Assembly: GCA_965232515.1 (NCBI GenBank)
Contig: CBDDPY010000002.1
Location: 2,048,001 to 2,112,000 of the forward strand
Reading direction: 5' to 3'
Length of the DNA stretch: 64,000 nucleotides
Source: Alphaproteobacteria bacterium
GTDB lineage: Bacteria; Pseudomonadota; Alphaproteobacteria; GCA-2731375
How positions within the stretch are numbered: position 1 is the stretch's first letter; each line of letters begins with the position of its first letter. A program made the position numbers and the translations under genes. This document shows, piece after piece, positions 37,336-46,529 of this stretch. The notes beneath the pieces are model-generated. The model was not told the origin of the DNA and did not search any database. It saw only the letters and a program-made list of their open reading frames with translations.

Positions 37336-38417
37336 TGCGCGCGCGGCGCGTCGGCATCGCGGTACTCACGACGACCGCGCTCCTGGCCTTCGGAACCCAG
37401 CTCTTCGGCTGCGCGTCTCCGCCGCGCTATGCGATCAGCGACCACTACGACGGCGAGCGGTTCTTCAACGCCCGGCCGGTCCAGGACCTCAACGTCCTGC
37501 AGCTCGCCCATCACATCGCCTTCGGGCGCAACGGCGACTGGCCCGACGGCCTGGTCGCCAACGACCCCGCGCCGCGCCTCGACCTGCCGCTCGCCGAACG
37601 CCAGGCGGCCGTCACCTTCGTCAATCATTCGACCGTGCTCATCCAGCTCGCCGGCATCAACATCCTGACCGATCCGGCCTGGTCGGACCGCGTCGGCCCC
37701 TGGTCCTGGGCCGGCCCCAAGCGGGCCCGGCCGCCCGGTATCCCCTTCGACGCGCTGCCGCCCATCGACGTCGTGCTGATCAGCCACAACCACTACGACC
37801 ATCTCGACCTGCCGACGCTGCGGCGGCTGCACGAACGCGACCGGCCGCGCATGTTCGTGCCGCTCGGCGATCGGGACTTGCTGTTGGCGAACGGCATCGA
37901 CCGCGTCGACGAGCTGGACTGGTGGCAAGGCGTGACGCTCGACGGCGGACTGGAGATCGTCTTCGCGCCCGCGCAGCACAATTCCGGCCGCTCGCCCTTC
38001 ACCGCCGCCCGGAGCCTGTGGGGCAGCTACCTCCTGCGCCGCGACGGCGTGTCGATCTACTTCGCCGGCGACACCGCCTACGAAGCGCACTTCCGCGCGA
38101 TCCGCGAGCGCTTCGGCCCGGTCGATCTCGCCTTCCTGCCCATCGGCGGCTACGCGCCCCGCGAACGCCACCGCGCCTTCCACCTGGACCCCGCCGACGC
38201 CGTACAGGCGCAGAAGGACCTCGGCGCGAAAGCCGCCGTCGCCATTCACTTCGGCACATTTCAGCTCACCGGCGAAGACTTCGACCAACCCGTCGCCGAT
38301 CTGCGTGCGGCGCTGTCAGGCACCGCCGGCCTGCCCGGCCCGTTTCTCGTCCTGCCGGAAGGCCGAACGCGCCTGTTCGCGTTTCCCGAACGCGCCGTGC
38401 GCCAGGCCGCGGACTAA
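37335..38417 (+). CDS. MBL-fold metallohydrolase lipoprotein (NAPE-PLD/RomA-like)
   Basis: Lipobox FGC; SDHYDGERFFN, SHNHYDHLD, FAGDT and IHFGTF motifs. Confidence 0.9.
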   Translation: MRARRVGIAVLTTTALLAFGTQLFGCASPPRYAISDHYDGERFFNARPVQDLNVLQLAHHIAFGRNGDWPDGLVANDPAPRLDLPLAERQAAVTFVNHSTVLIQLAGINILTDPAWSDRVGPWSWAGPKRARPPGIPFDALPPIDVVLISHNHYDHLDLPTLRRLHERDRPRMFVPLGDRDLLLANGIDRVDELDWWQGVTLDGGLEIVFAPAQHNSGRSPFTAARSLWGSYLLRRDGVSIYFAGDTAYEAHFRAIRERFGPVDLAFLPIGGYAPRERHRAFHLDPADAVQAQKDLGAKAAVAIHFGTFQLTGEDFDQPVADLRAALSGTAGLPGPFLVLPEGRTRLFAFPERAVRQAAD

Positions 38418-39238
38418 TCCCAGTCCGGCGCGACGCCGGCCGGGTTGACGAGGCGCTGATTGTGCGACGTCAGCGCGCCGATAGCGGCGGCGTCCGCGTC
38501 GCTAAGCGCGATCTCCAGGGCGGCGAGGTTGCTGTCGAGTCGTTCCGGCTTCGAGGACCGCGGAATGGCGATCACGCCGTCCTGCCGCACGAGCCAGGCG
38601 AGCGCGATCTGCGCCGGGCTGGCGTCGTGCCTGTCGGCGATCTCCCGCACCACGGCATGCTCGGCCACCGCGTTGCGCGCAATCGGGCAATAGGCCGTGA
38701 CCGCGATGCCGTGCCGGGCGCAGGCCGCCAGCACCGCGTCCTGCCCCAGCAGCGGGTGGTACTCGACCTGATTGCAGGCGATGGGTTCGTCGGCCAGCGC
38801 CACCGCTTCCGCGATCAGCGCCGTGGTGAAGTTCGAAATGCCGATATGCTTCGTCAGGCCGTCCCGCTTCGCCTTCACCAGCGCGGCCATGGTCTCGGCC
38901 AGCGGCACCTCGCGCGACGGCCAGTGCAGCAGCAGCAGATCGACCGGTCCGCAATCCAGCAGCCGCAACCGCTCCTCGGCCGCGCGCGCGAAGTCGTCGG
39001 CGCGAAAATTGTCCGGCCAGACCTTGGTGGTCAGAAAGAACGCGTCGCGCGCCACGCCGGATGCGGCGATGCCCTGCCCCACCTCGCGCTCGTTCGCGTA
39101 CATCTGCGCCGTATCGATATGCCGGTAGCCGTGCGTCAGCGCATGCGCCACCAGTTCGGCGCAGGCCGCGCCCCGCAGATCCCAGGTCCCCAGCCCCAGC
39201 GCCGGAATCCGCGCGCCGTTCGCTTCGACAATCTTCAT
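38414..39238 (-). CDS. Aldo/keto reductase
   Basis: GLGTW, IDTAQMY, TTKVW, LLHWP and IGISNF motifs. Confidence 0.93.
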   Translation of the reverse strand: MKIVEANGARIPALGLGTWDLRGAACAELVAHALTHGYRHIDTAQMYANEREVGQGIAASGVARDAFFLTTKVWPDNFRADDFARAAEERLRLLDCGPVDLLLLHWPSREVPLAETMAALVKAKRDGLTKHIGISNFTTALIAEAVALADEPIACNQVEYHPLLGQDAVLAACARHGIAVTAYCPIARNAVAEHAVVREIADRHDASPAQIALAWLVRQDGVIAIPRSSKPERLDSNLAALEIALSDADAAAIGALTSHNQRLVNPAGVAPDWD

Positions 39239-39326
39239 GCCCTTCAACCCCTCCAACCGTCCGCACCTGCACGATAGGCCGCATACGTTACCTGCTCGCG
39301 GTCGCCGTCGCGAATGTCAAATGCGG

Positions 39327-40262
39327 CTAGGCGACGGCCTGCAGCTGGGCGTTGGTCGCCAGCAGGGTCTGCGCGACATCGGCCAGTTCGGCTTTCGAGT
39401 CGCCGGCCACGACGTCGCTCAGCATCGGCGTCAGCGGGCCGGTGTCGGCGATCCCGGCGAGATCGACGGCGCGGTGCAGCACGCAGAGCGGGCTGCGCGC
39501 GTCGCGGATGTCTTCCAGCGGCAGGAAGGCCTCCCGCAGGCGCGCCGCCGGCTCGATATCGCCGGCCTGCAGCGCGCGCAGGATCTGGGTCGCGGCGAAG
39601 GGCGCGACGCAGACCGAGCCCGACGTGAATGATCGCAGGCCGAACTCAGTCCAATGCACGATCACCGGGCGTTCGCCGATGCCGCTGATGATGCGGTCCG
39701 TGTCGACCAGCCGGCATAGTTCTTCCAGGTAGGGATCGTCCGCCGGATCGTCCCGCACGCGGGCGTATTTGATGGCGCAAACGTCGCCGTCGTCGACCAG
39801 GCGCGCGATCTGATCCGGCGCCAGATAGCCGTCGAACTTGACGTAGGCGATGGCCGGCTTGCCCAGCGCATCGACGAAGCGGCGAATGCCGTCTTCCACG
39901 CCCGCCGGCGACGCCGGGAACTGCAGCGGCAGCACCATCGCGGTCGGAAACTCGTATCGGCGCAGGATATAGGCCTGGTCCATCAGCTTGCCGTAATCGG
40001 CGCCGCAGGATGGAATGATCCACGTCGCCGCGTCGGCCAGTTCGATCAGCATGTCCAGGATCGCCGGGAACTCGCCGACCCCGACATTGTAGAAATTCGC
40101 GTTGCCGCCATACATCAGCGTGGTGACCTCGCCCGCTTCCAGATGGCGGATCAGGCGCGCGTTCGCCGAAACGTTCAGCGACAGGTCGTCGTTGCGGCAG
40201 AGCGGCGGCACCGACAGGACGGACCGCTGCAGATCCTCGACGCGGAACGGAGATGTCTTCAT
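39327..40262 (-). CDS. Dihydrodipicolinate synthase/class I aldolase-family protein
   Basis: LMYGGNANFY and Schiff-base Lys in AIKYA; GGAGG RBS. Confidence 0.8.
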   Translation of the reverse strand: MKTSPFRVEDLQRSVLSVPPLCRNDDLSLNVSANARLIRHLEAGEVTTLMYGGNANFYNVGVGEFPAILDMLIELADAATWIIPSCGADYGKLMDQAYILRRYEFPTAMVLPLQFPASPAGVEDGIRRFVDALGKPAIAYVKFDGYLAPDQIARLVDDGDVCAIKYARVRDDPADDPYLEELCRLVDTDRIISGIGERPVIVHWTEFGLRSFTSGSVCVAPFAATQILRALQAGDIEPAARLREAFLPLEDIRDARSPLCVLHRAVDLAGIADTGPLTPMLSDVVAGDSKAELADVAQTLLATNAQLQAVA

Positions 40263-40286
40263 GTTGGCCTCCCGGCGCCACACCCA

Positions 40287-40490
40287 AGTTGTCAGACAAC
40301 TGACCTTGCATGGCCTGGAGCTGTATTACAAGTTGAATCGTACGGACACCGCCCGATCCGCCTCGTCGCTTGGCGTCTCCAGCATGACGGCCGCCCAACG
40401 ACGGAAAAACCGACCGGCCAGCCTGGCCCGGCGAACGGGCGACGAATGGCGTTGACATTCCGGACGGAATTTATCAATTTGTCTTACAAG
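40287..40490. promoter_or_regulatory. FadR/GntR-type operator boxes (TTGT-N3-ACAA) in a divergent promoter region
   Basis: agttgtcagacaact (40287-40301), tgtattacaa (40322-40331) and ttgtcttacaa (40479-40489); ttgaca at 40452. Confidence 0.7.
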
Positions 40491-40580
40491 TAGCGGCCGC
40501 AGAAGAAAGCCGCACGCAGGCGCGATAAACCGAACACCATCACCCGCATGCAGACGCATGCCGCAACAGGGAGCGAAACG

Positions 40581-41570
40581 ATGACACCCATCAAGAAACT
40601 GGGCGCCGCCACGGCCGCAATCGCCCTTCTCTCCAGCATCGCCATGACCGCCGCCGCGGCGACCGAGTGGCGCGGCTGGAACATCCACAAGCCCGGCTAT
40701 CCGAACACGGTGGCGATGGACAAGTTCGCCGAGCTCCTGGAACAGAAGTCCGGCGGCGAGATCACGCTGAAGATGTTCCATTCGGGCACGCTCGGCACCC
40801 AGCCCGACGCCATCGAGCAGGTGCGCATCGGCGGGCTCGAGATCGGCAACTTCAATCTCGGCCCGATCGGTCCGGTCGCGCCCGAGGCCAACGTCGTCTC
40901 CCTGCCCTTCATCTTCAAGGACATGGGCCATATGCACCGCGCGCTCGACGGCAAGGCCGGCGACATGATCAGCGACGGCATGGCCAAGAAGGGCCTGATC
41001 GCGCTGGCCTGGTACGATTCCGGCGCGCGCTCGTTCTATAACTCGAAAAAGCCGATCATGAAGCCGGCCGACGTCGCCGGCATGAAGGTGCGGGTCATGA
41101 ACAACGACCTCTATTCCGGCATGATCGCGGCGCTCGGCGGCAATCCGTCGCCGATGGCGTTCTCGGAAGTCTATCAGTCGCTGAAGACGGGCGTCGTCGA
41201 CGGGGCCGAGAACAACTGGCCGTCCTACGAATCGACCGGCCACTTCGAGGTCGCCGGCTACTATTCGCTGTCGCAGCATCTGATCATCCCGGAATGCGTC
41301 TGCGTCAACGCCAACGTCTACAACGCGCTCTCGGCCGACCAGCAGAAGATGGTCAAGGACGCGGCCCGCGAGTCCGCCGAGCTGCAGCGCCAGCTCTGGG
41401 CCGAACGCGCCGAGTCCAGCCGCGAAAAGGTCATGGCCGCCGGCGTCCAGTTCAACGACATCCCGGACAAGAGCGCCTTCCAGGACGCGATGCAGCCGGT
41501 CTACGACAACTACCTCTCGGCCAATCCGGACCTGAAGCCGCTGGTCGAATTGATCAAGAACACAGATTGA
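40581..41570 (+). CDS. dctP: TRAP transporter substrate-binding protein
   Basis: Signal peptide; GMKVRV and FSEVYQSLKTGVVDGAENN motifs. Confidence 0.94.
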   Translation: MTPIKKLGAATAAIALLSSIAMTAAAATEWRGWNIHKPGYPNTVAMDKFAELLEQKSGGEITLKMFHSGTLGTQPDAIEQVRIGGLEIGNFNLGPIGPVAPEANVVSLPFIFKDMGHMHRALDGKAGDMISDGMAKKGLIALAWYDSGARSFYNSKKPIMKPADVAGMKVRVMNNDLYSGMIAALGGNPSPMAFSEVYQSLKTGVVDGAENNWPSYESTGHFEVAGYYSLSQHLIIPECVCVNANVYNALSADQQKMVKDAARESAELQRQLWAERAESSREKVMAAGVQFNDIPDKSAFQDAMQPVYDNYLSANPDLKPLVELIKNTD

Positions 41571-41640
41571 TCGCCATGCGTCGCGACCGCCGGCCGGCCT
41601 TCGCCGTGCCGGCCGGTGGTCCCGGCGCCCGGATCGCCTG

Positions 41641-42165
41641 ATGTCGGAACCGGCCCCTCCCGATCACCGGTCGCGCTACGACCGGCTGCTCGACGCCATC
41701 AGCGACGTCAGCACCGTCGTCACCGGGACCGCGCTCGTCGTGCTCACCGTGATATTCGGCTGGCTGGTCTTCGGCCGCTACGTGCTGAACGCGACGCCGA
41801 CCTGGGTCGAGCAGGTCTCGCTGCTGCTGGTCATGCTGATCGGCTTTCTCGGCGCCTCGGTCGGCATCCACAAGAACACCCATCTCGGCGTCTCCTTCTT
41901 CCGCGAGATCAGCCCGCGCCCGGTGCGCCGCGCCTTCGAGCTGGTCTCGCATATCGTGCTCATGATCTTCGGCGCGGTCATGCTGGTGAACAGCTACGAG
42001 CTCGTACTGTTCAAGTGGAGCACGGACATCCCGCTGATCCACATCCCCGAGGGCGTGCGCGCCATCCCGATCATGCTCTGCGGCGGCTTCACGACGCTCT
42101 ATTCGATCGGACACCTGATCCACTTCTTCAAGGGCATCGAAGAAGTCTCCGACATCACCGAGTAG
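41641..42165 (+). CDS. dctQ: TRAP transporter small permease
   Basis: Four TM helices; RYVLNATPTWVEQV motif. Confidence 0.92.
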   Translation: MSEPAPPDHRSRYDRLLDAISDVSTVVTGTALVVLTVIFGWLVFGRYVLNATPTWVEQVSLLLVMLIGFLGASVGIHKNTHLGVSFFREISPRPVRRAFELVSHIVLMIFGAVMLVNSYELVLFKWSTDIPLIHIPEGVRAIPIMLCGGFTTLYSIGHLIHFFKGIEEVSDITE

Positions 42166-42183
42166 CGGCGGGGACCGCACGCC

Positions 42184-43467
42184 ATGGGGCTGTTCATCCT
42201 GCTCAGCGTTTTCGCGGTCTGCGTCGTCATCGGCATTCCGGTCGCCTTCGCGCTCGGCATCGCCGCCGTCTCGGCCTTCTTCTACGAGGGCCTGCCGCTG
42301 GTCATCGCCTTCCAGCGCATCGTCTCCGGCATCAACGTGTTCTCGCTGATGGCGATCCCGTTCTTCATCTTCGCCGGCGAATTGATGTTCCACGGCGGTA
42401 TCGCCATCCGCCTGGTGCGCTTCGCGTCCGCCGCGGTCGGCGCGGTGCGCGGCGGGCTCGGCATCGTCAACGTGTTTTCGTCCATGCTGTTCGGCGGCAT
42501 CTCCGGCTCGGCCGTCGCCGACATCTCGGCGCTCGGCTCGATCCTGATCCCGGTGATGAAGGAGAAGGGCTACGACGACGATTATGCCGTCAACGTGACC
42601 GTCACCTCGTCCATCGCCGGCATCATGATCCCGCCCAGCCACAACATGATCCTGTTCGCCGTGGCGGCCGGCGGCGGCATCTCCATCTCCAAGCTGTTTC
42701 TGGCCGGCGTCGTGCCGGGCGTGGTGATGTGCGTCTGCCTCGCCGTCGCCGCCTACGCCATCGCCGTGCGCCGCGGCTACCGCTCGGAAGCCTTCCCCGG
42801 CGTCACCGCCCTGCTGCTGCATTTCGTCTCGGCCGTGCCGGGGCTGTTTACCGCCGTCATCATCGTCGGCGGCGTCTTGAGCGGCATCTTCACCGTCACC
42901 GAGTCCGGCGCCTTCGGCGCGATCTATGCGTTCGTCGTCACCATCGTCGTTTACCGCGCGCTGACCTGGGACAAGTTCAAGACCGCCGTCGTCAGCGCCG
43001 TGCGCACGACCTCGATGGTGATGATCCTGGTCGCATCCGCCGCCGCCTTCGCCTACATGCTGACCTTCTTCCAGGTGCCGTCGCGGATGATCGATTTCAT
43101 GACCGGCATCTCGGAAAACCCGATCGTCATCCTGCTGATGATCAACCTGATGCTGCTGGTCCTCGGCATGATCATGGACATGGCGGCGCTGATCCTGATC
43201 TGCACGCCGATCTTCCTGCCCGTCGCCATGTCGATCGGCGTCGATCCGCTGCAGTTCGGCATGATCCTGATGATGAATCTGGGCCTGGGCCTGTGCACGC
43301 CGCCGGTCGGCGCCTGCCTGTTCGTCGGCTGCGCCGTCGGCAAGGTGCCGATCGAGCGCGCCGTCCGGTCGATCTGGCCGTTCTACGCCGCGATCCTGAT
43401 CGCACTCATTCTGACGACCTTCGTCCCGGCGATCTCGCTCACCCTGCCGAACCTGCTGTCGGATTAG
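42184..43467 (+). CDS. dctM: TRAP transporter large permease
   Basis: AIPFFIFAGELM, GISGSAVAD, IPPS and TPPVG motifs. Confidence 0.95.
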   Translation: MGLFILLSVFAVCVVIGIPVAFALGIAAVSAFFYEGLPLVIAFQRIVSGINVFSLMAIPFFIFAGELMFHGGIAIRLVRFASAAVGAVRGGLGIVNVFSSMLFGGISGSAVADISALGSILIPVMKEKGYDDDYAVNVTVTSSIAGIMIPPSHNMILFAVAAGGGISISKLFLAGVVPGVVMCVCLAVAAYAIAVRRGYRSEAFPGVTALLLHFVSAVPGLFTAVIIVGGVLSGIFTVTESGAFGAIYAFVVTIVVYRALTWDKFKTAVVSAVRTTSMVMILVASAAAFAYMLTFFQVPSRMIDFMTGISENPIVILLMINLMLLVLGMIMDMAALILICTPIFLPVAMSIGVDPLQFGMILMMNLGLGLCTPPVGACLFVGCAVGKVPIERAVRSIWPFYAAILIALILTTFVPAISLTLPNLLSD

Positions 43468-43471
43468 CGCT

Positions 43472-44188
43472 ATGATCGACCTGAACCTGGAGATCAAAAA
43501 GGGCGAGCGGCTGTCGGACCAGCTCTACGGCCAGCTCTTGGAAAAGATCGTCGCCGGCGAGCTCAAGGAGGGCGACAAGCTGCCGTCCGAGAACGAGATC
43601 TCGCGCGCCTTCAACGTCTCCCGGCCGGTGATCCGCGAGGCCCTGTTGCGGCTGCAGGCCGACGGCCTGGTCTATTCCCGCCAGGGCTCGGGCTCGTTCG
43701 TCAAGTCGCGACCGCCCGAGGGCCTGATCAAGTTCGCCCAGCCGTCCGACGTCGCCGGCTATCTCCGCTGCTTCGAGGCCCGGCTGCCGATCGAAGGCGC
43801 TGCCGCGGCGCTCGCGGCCCAGCGCGCCACGGCCCGCGACGTCAAGGACATCGAGCGCAGCCTGGTCGAGCTGAAGGCATGCCTCAACAGCGACGATCCC
43901 GCCGACAAGGCCGACTTCGCCTTTCACCTGGCGATCGCCCGGGCGTCCGGGAACGACTTCTTCGTCGCCATCCTCTCGTCGCTGAACACCGCCATCACGT
44001 CGGGCATCCGGGTCAATCTGAAGATCACGCAAGCCGGCTCGCGGGAACGCCTGCGCAAGGTCCTGGAAGAACACCAGGCCATCTTCGACGCGATTTCGAG
44101 CGGCGACGCCACCAGCGCCGACCTCGCCATGCGCTACCACATCAACCGCGCCCGCCTCCGCGTCACCAACCGCCTGCGCGACCAGTAG
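43472..44188 (+). CDS. GntR/FadR-family regulator
   Basis: KLPSENEISRAFNVSRPVIREAL HTH; FCD domain (DFAFHLAIARASGN, EH). Confidence 0.93.
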   Translation: MIDLNLEIKKGERLSDQLYGQLLEKIVAGELKEGDKLPSENEISRAFNVSRPVIREALLRLQADGLVYSRQGSGSFVKSRPPEGLIKFAQPSDVAGYLRCFEARLPIEGAAAALAAQRATARDVKDIERSLVELKACLNSDDPADKADFAFHLAIARASGNDFFVAILSSLNTAITSGIRVNLKITQAGSRERLRKVLEEHQAIFDAISSGDATSADLAMRYHINRARLRVTNRLRDQ

Positions 44189-44226
44189 AGCGGACCGCTT
44201 TAAGGCCGGATCGCCGACATCGCTCG

Positions 44227-44416
44227 GTCATGCCGGCGCAGGAGCGTGTGAAGGAATTACCCGGCTGTCATCTCAGCCGTCATCCTGGCGAAGGCCAGGA
44301 TCCAGGTTTGTTGTTTTTCAACAGATTGCGATTCCGCTGGATGCTGGCCTGCGCCAGCATGACGTGTGTTGCCGGGTCACACGCAATTCCCTCACAGCCT
44401 CCTGCGTCGGTATGAC
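44227..44416. repeat. Nested inverted-repeat element (MITE-like) enclosing a REP pair
   Basis: Outer 32-bp imperfect inverted repeat (44227-44258 / 44385-44416); inner acccggc/gccgggt; REP arms at 44278-44305 and 44337-44364. Confidence 0.7.
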
Positions 44417-44613
44417 GCGCGTTAGGAGGCTGTCGCCCGGGCGAGAGGTCTGAAAATCGGCATCGTCGCGTCATCTGCTCGATGCCGCCAAATGCCATCG
44501 CGCTCCAGCCCGCCGCGGCGAACGTGCCGCGAAAAACTTCCGTTGATCTGCATCCAAGCGCCGCCCGGCCGCATCTTTAAGAGTATCAGCGACTCTTAAT
44601 ATTGGAGGGCGAC

Positions 44614-45024
44614 GTGGAAACGTTGGGTATCGGCGCGGGCCTGGGCGCCATCGCATTCTGGGGCTTTCTGGCCGCCGTTGTCGGGATCGGCGTCTGGCAC
44701 GACATCCGCCGGCGCGAGGCGCAACACGAAACGCTGCGCCGCCTGGTCGAGAGCGGCCAGCCCATCGACCCCTTGTTGATGACGAAGGTCTTGGGCGGCG
44801 ACAAGCGGCTGGACCGCAACCTGAAAGCCGGTGGGCTGATCCTGCTGTTCGCCGCGCCCGGCCTGGCCGTGCTGGGCTGGTTCCTCGGCCAACTCGCCGC
44901 CTGGGCGCTGCCGCCGCTGCTCGGGACCGCCGCGTTCGCGGCCTGTACGGGCATCGGCCTGCTCGTGGCGTCCAAGGCCATCGAGCGCTCCTATCGCGAG
45001 GACGATACCGGCGCGGCGGGCTAA
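44614..45024 (+). CDS. Small membrane protein (DUF6249-like), first gene of the ECF operon
   Basis: GGAGG RBS then GTG; TM helix, HETLRRLVESGQPID, then two more TM helices. Confidence 0.7.
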   Translation: METLGIGAGLGAIAFWGFLAAVVGIGVWHDIRRREAQHETLRRLVESGQPIDPLLMTKVLGGDKRLDRNLKAGGLILLFAAPGLAVLGWFLGQLAAWALPPLLGTAAFAACTGIGLLVASKAIERSYREDDTGAAG

Positions 45025-45028
45025 CGAC

Positions 45029-45598
45029 TTGCCCCGGCCGCCGATCCCCTATGGCGACAGCCCGGAAGCCTTGCTCGTCGGTCTGGCGCGGACCGGCGAC
45101 CGCGACGCCTTCGCGGAACTGGTCCGCCGCCGCCAATCCTGGATCCGCAACCTGATGCGGCGGTGCTGCGGCGATCTCAGCCTGGCCGACGACCTGGCCC
45201 AGCAGGTCTTCCTGCAGGCCTGGCGTAAGATCCCCTCTTTGCGGCAACCCGACCGTTTCGCCGCCTGGCTCCGGCGCCTCGCCGTCAACACCTGGCTGCA
45301 GCACCTGCGGGCGAACGATGCGCTGTACAACGCCGACACGATCGACGACACGGAACCGGCGCCCTGCGAGACACCCGGCGTCGCCATGGATCTTGACCGC
45401 GCGCTGGCGTCGCTGCCCGACATCGTTCGGCTCTGTGTCGTCCTGTCCCATCGCGACGGCATGACCCACGGCGAAATCGCCGACCTCACCGACCTGCCGC
45501 TGGGCACGGTCAAGTCCCATATCCGCCGCGGCACGCTGCGCCTGCGGCAATTGCTGACCGCCTACCGAGAAACGACGCGCCCCGAGGAACCCGTATGA
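45029..45598 (+). CDS. ECF RNA polymerase sigma factor
   Basis: GDRDAFAELVRR, ADDLAQQVF, FAAWLRRLAVN and EIADLTDLPLGTVKSHIRRG motifs. Confidence 0.93.
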   Translation: MPRPPIPYGDSPEALLVGLARTGDRDAFAELVRRRQSWIRNLMRRCCGDLSLADDLAQQVFLQAWRKIPSLRQPDRFAAWLRRLAVNTWLQHLRANDALYNADTIDDTEPAPCETPGVAMDLDRALASLPDIVRLCVVLSHRDGMTHGEIADLTDLPLGTVKSHIRRGTLRLRQLLTAYRETTRPEEPV

Positions 45599-45942
45599 CC
45601 GACGATCGAGATCCGGACCTGCAAGCCCTGTTCGCCGACGCCGAACGGCCCTTGGCGGACGAAACCTTTACTGTTGCCGTGATGTCGCGGATCGACCGGC
45701 GGTGGCGATGGGCCTTGTTCGGCCGGATCGGCTTCGGCCTGGCGCTGGCCTTGTGCGCCTGGCTCATCGCGCCAACGCTGCAGGCCGTCGCCAACCTGCT
45801 GACGCAGGCCGCCGCCTCGCCGCTGGTCGCCCTCGACGATCCGCTGCTCGCCCAGACGCTGGCGCCCGTCAACAGCATTGCGGGCGCTTGCGGCCTGGGC
45901 CTCGTCGGTCTCTGGCAACTCTACCGATCGATCTTCGCCTAG
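45595..45942 (+). CDS. Putative membrane anti-sigma factor
   Basis: ATGA overlap with the sigma gene; DETFTVAVMSRI followed by TM helices. Confidence 0.7.
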   Translation: MTDDRDPDLQALFADAERPLADETFTVAVMSRIDRRWRWALFGRIGFGLALALCAWLIAPTLQAVANLLTQAAASPLVALDDPLLAQTLAPVNSIAGACGLGLVGLWQLYRSIFA

Positions 45943-45964
45943 CCCGACTGTCCATACCCGGTCA

Positions 45965-46498
45965 TTACAGGACCCGATATTCCGAGCGCACCAACCCGGA
46001 GGGATAGGCGCGGGTGCCGATATGTTCGAGGTCGATGTCGCCTTCAAGCCCGCCGAACAGCGGTCGTCCGTCGCCAATCAGGATGGGAATGCGGGTCAGC
46101 AGGATGTCGGCGATCAGTCCCGCGCGCAGGAAGGATTGCACGACCTTGCCGCCATCCACATAAACACGCTCCCAGCCCTCCCCCTCGAGCTGCCGCATCA
46201 GGTCCGCCGGCGACAGGTCGGACAGGCGGACGCGTGCCTTCAGCGCATCGGGAACATCGTCGTCGGTCAGGCGCTGGCTCATGACCACGACCGGCTTCTC
46301 GTAGGGCCATTCGTCGAAGCTCAGGACCGTCTCGAACGATCCCCGCCCCATGACCAGCCCATCGACCGAGGCCATGAACGCGTCATAGCCGTGGTCCTCG
46401 CCTTCGGTGTTCTGCTTCATCAGCCAATCCAGGCCGCCGTCGCGCCGGGCGACATAGCCGTCGAGGCTCGCGGCGATAAACACGTGACCCGTGATCAC
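45965..46498 (-). CDS. Dihydrofolate reductase/RibD C-terminal-family protein
   Basis: FIAASLDGYVA, VMGRGSF, YVDGG and PILIGDGRPLF motifs. Confidence 0.9.
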   Translation of the reverse strand: MITGHVFIAASLDGYVARRDGGLDWLMKQNTEGEDHGYDAFMASVDGLVMGRGSFETVLSFDEWPYEKPVVVMSQRLTDDDVPDALKARVRLSDLSPADLMRQLEGEGWERVYVDGGKVVQSFLRAGLIADILLTRIPILIGDGRPLFGGLEGDIDLEHIGTRAYPSGLVRSEYRVL

Positions 46499-46529
46499 GG
46501 CATAAACACTCCCTTCGAAATCCGGGCGT

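Noticed and set aside
37277-39277. 666-aa Arg/Pro/Ala-rich ORF
   Set aside because: Off-frame artefact of high GC, overlapping two clear genes.
41554-43497. 647-aa antisense ORF over dctQ/dctM
   Set aside because: Antisense shadow of well-supported TRAP genes.
44549-44576. Possible ECF-type promoter (tgcatcc...gcatct) upstream of the sigma operon
   Set aside because: Plausible position, but too short and degenerate to support without a motif model.
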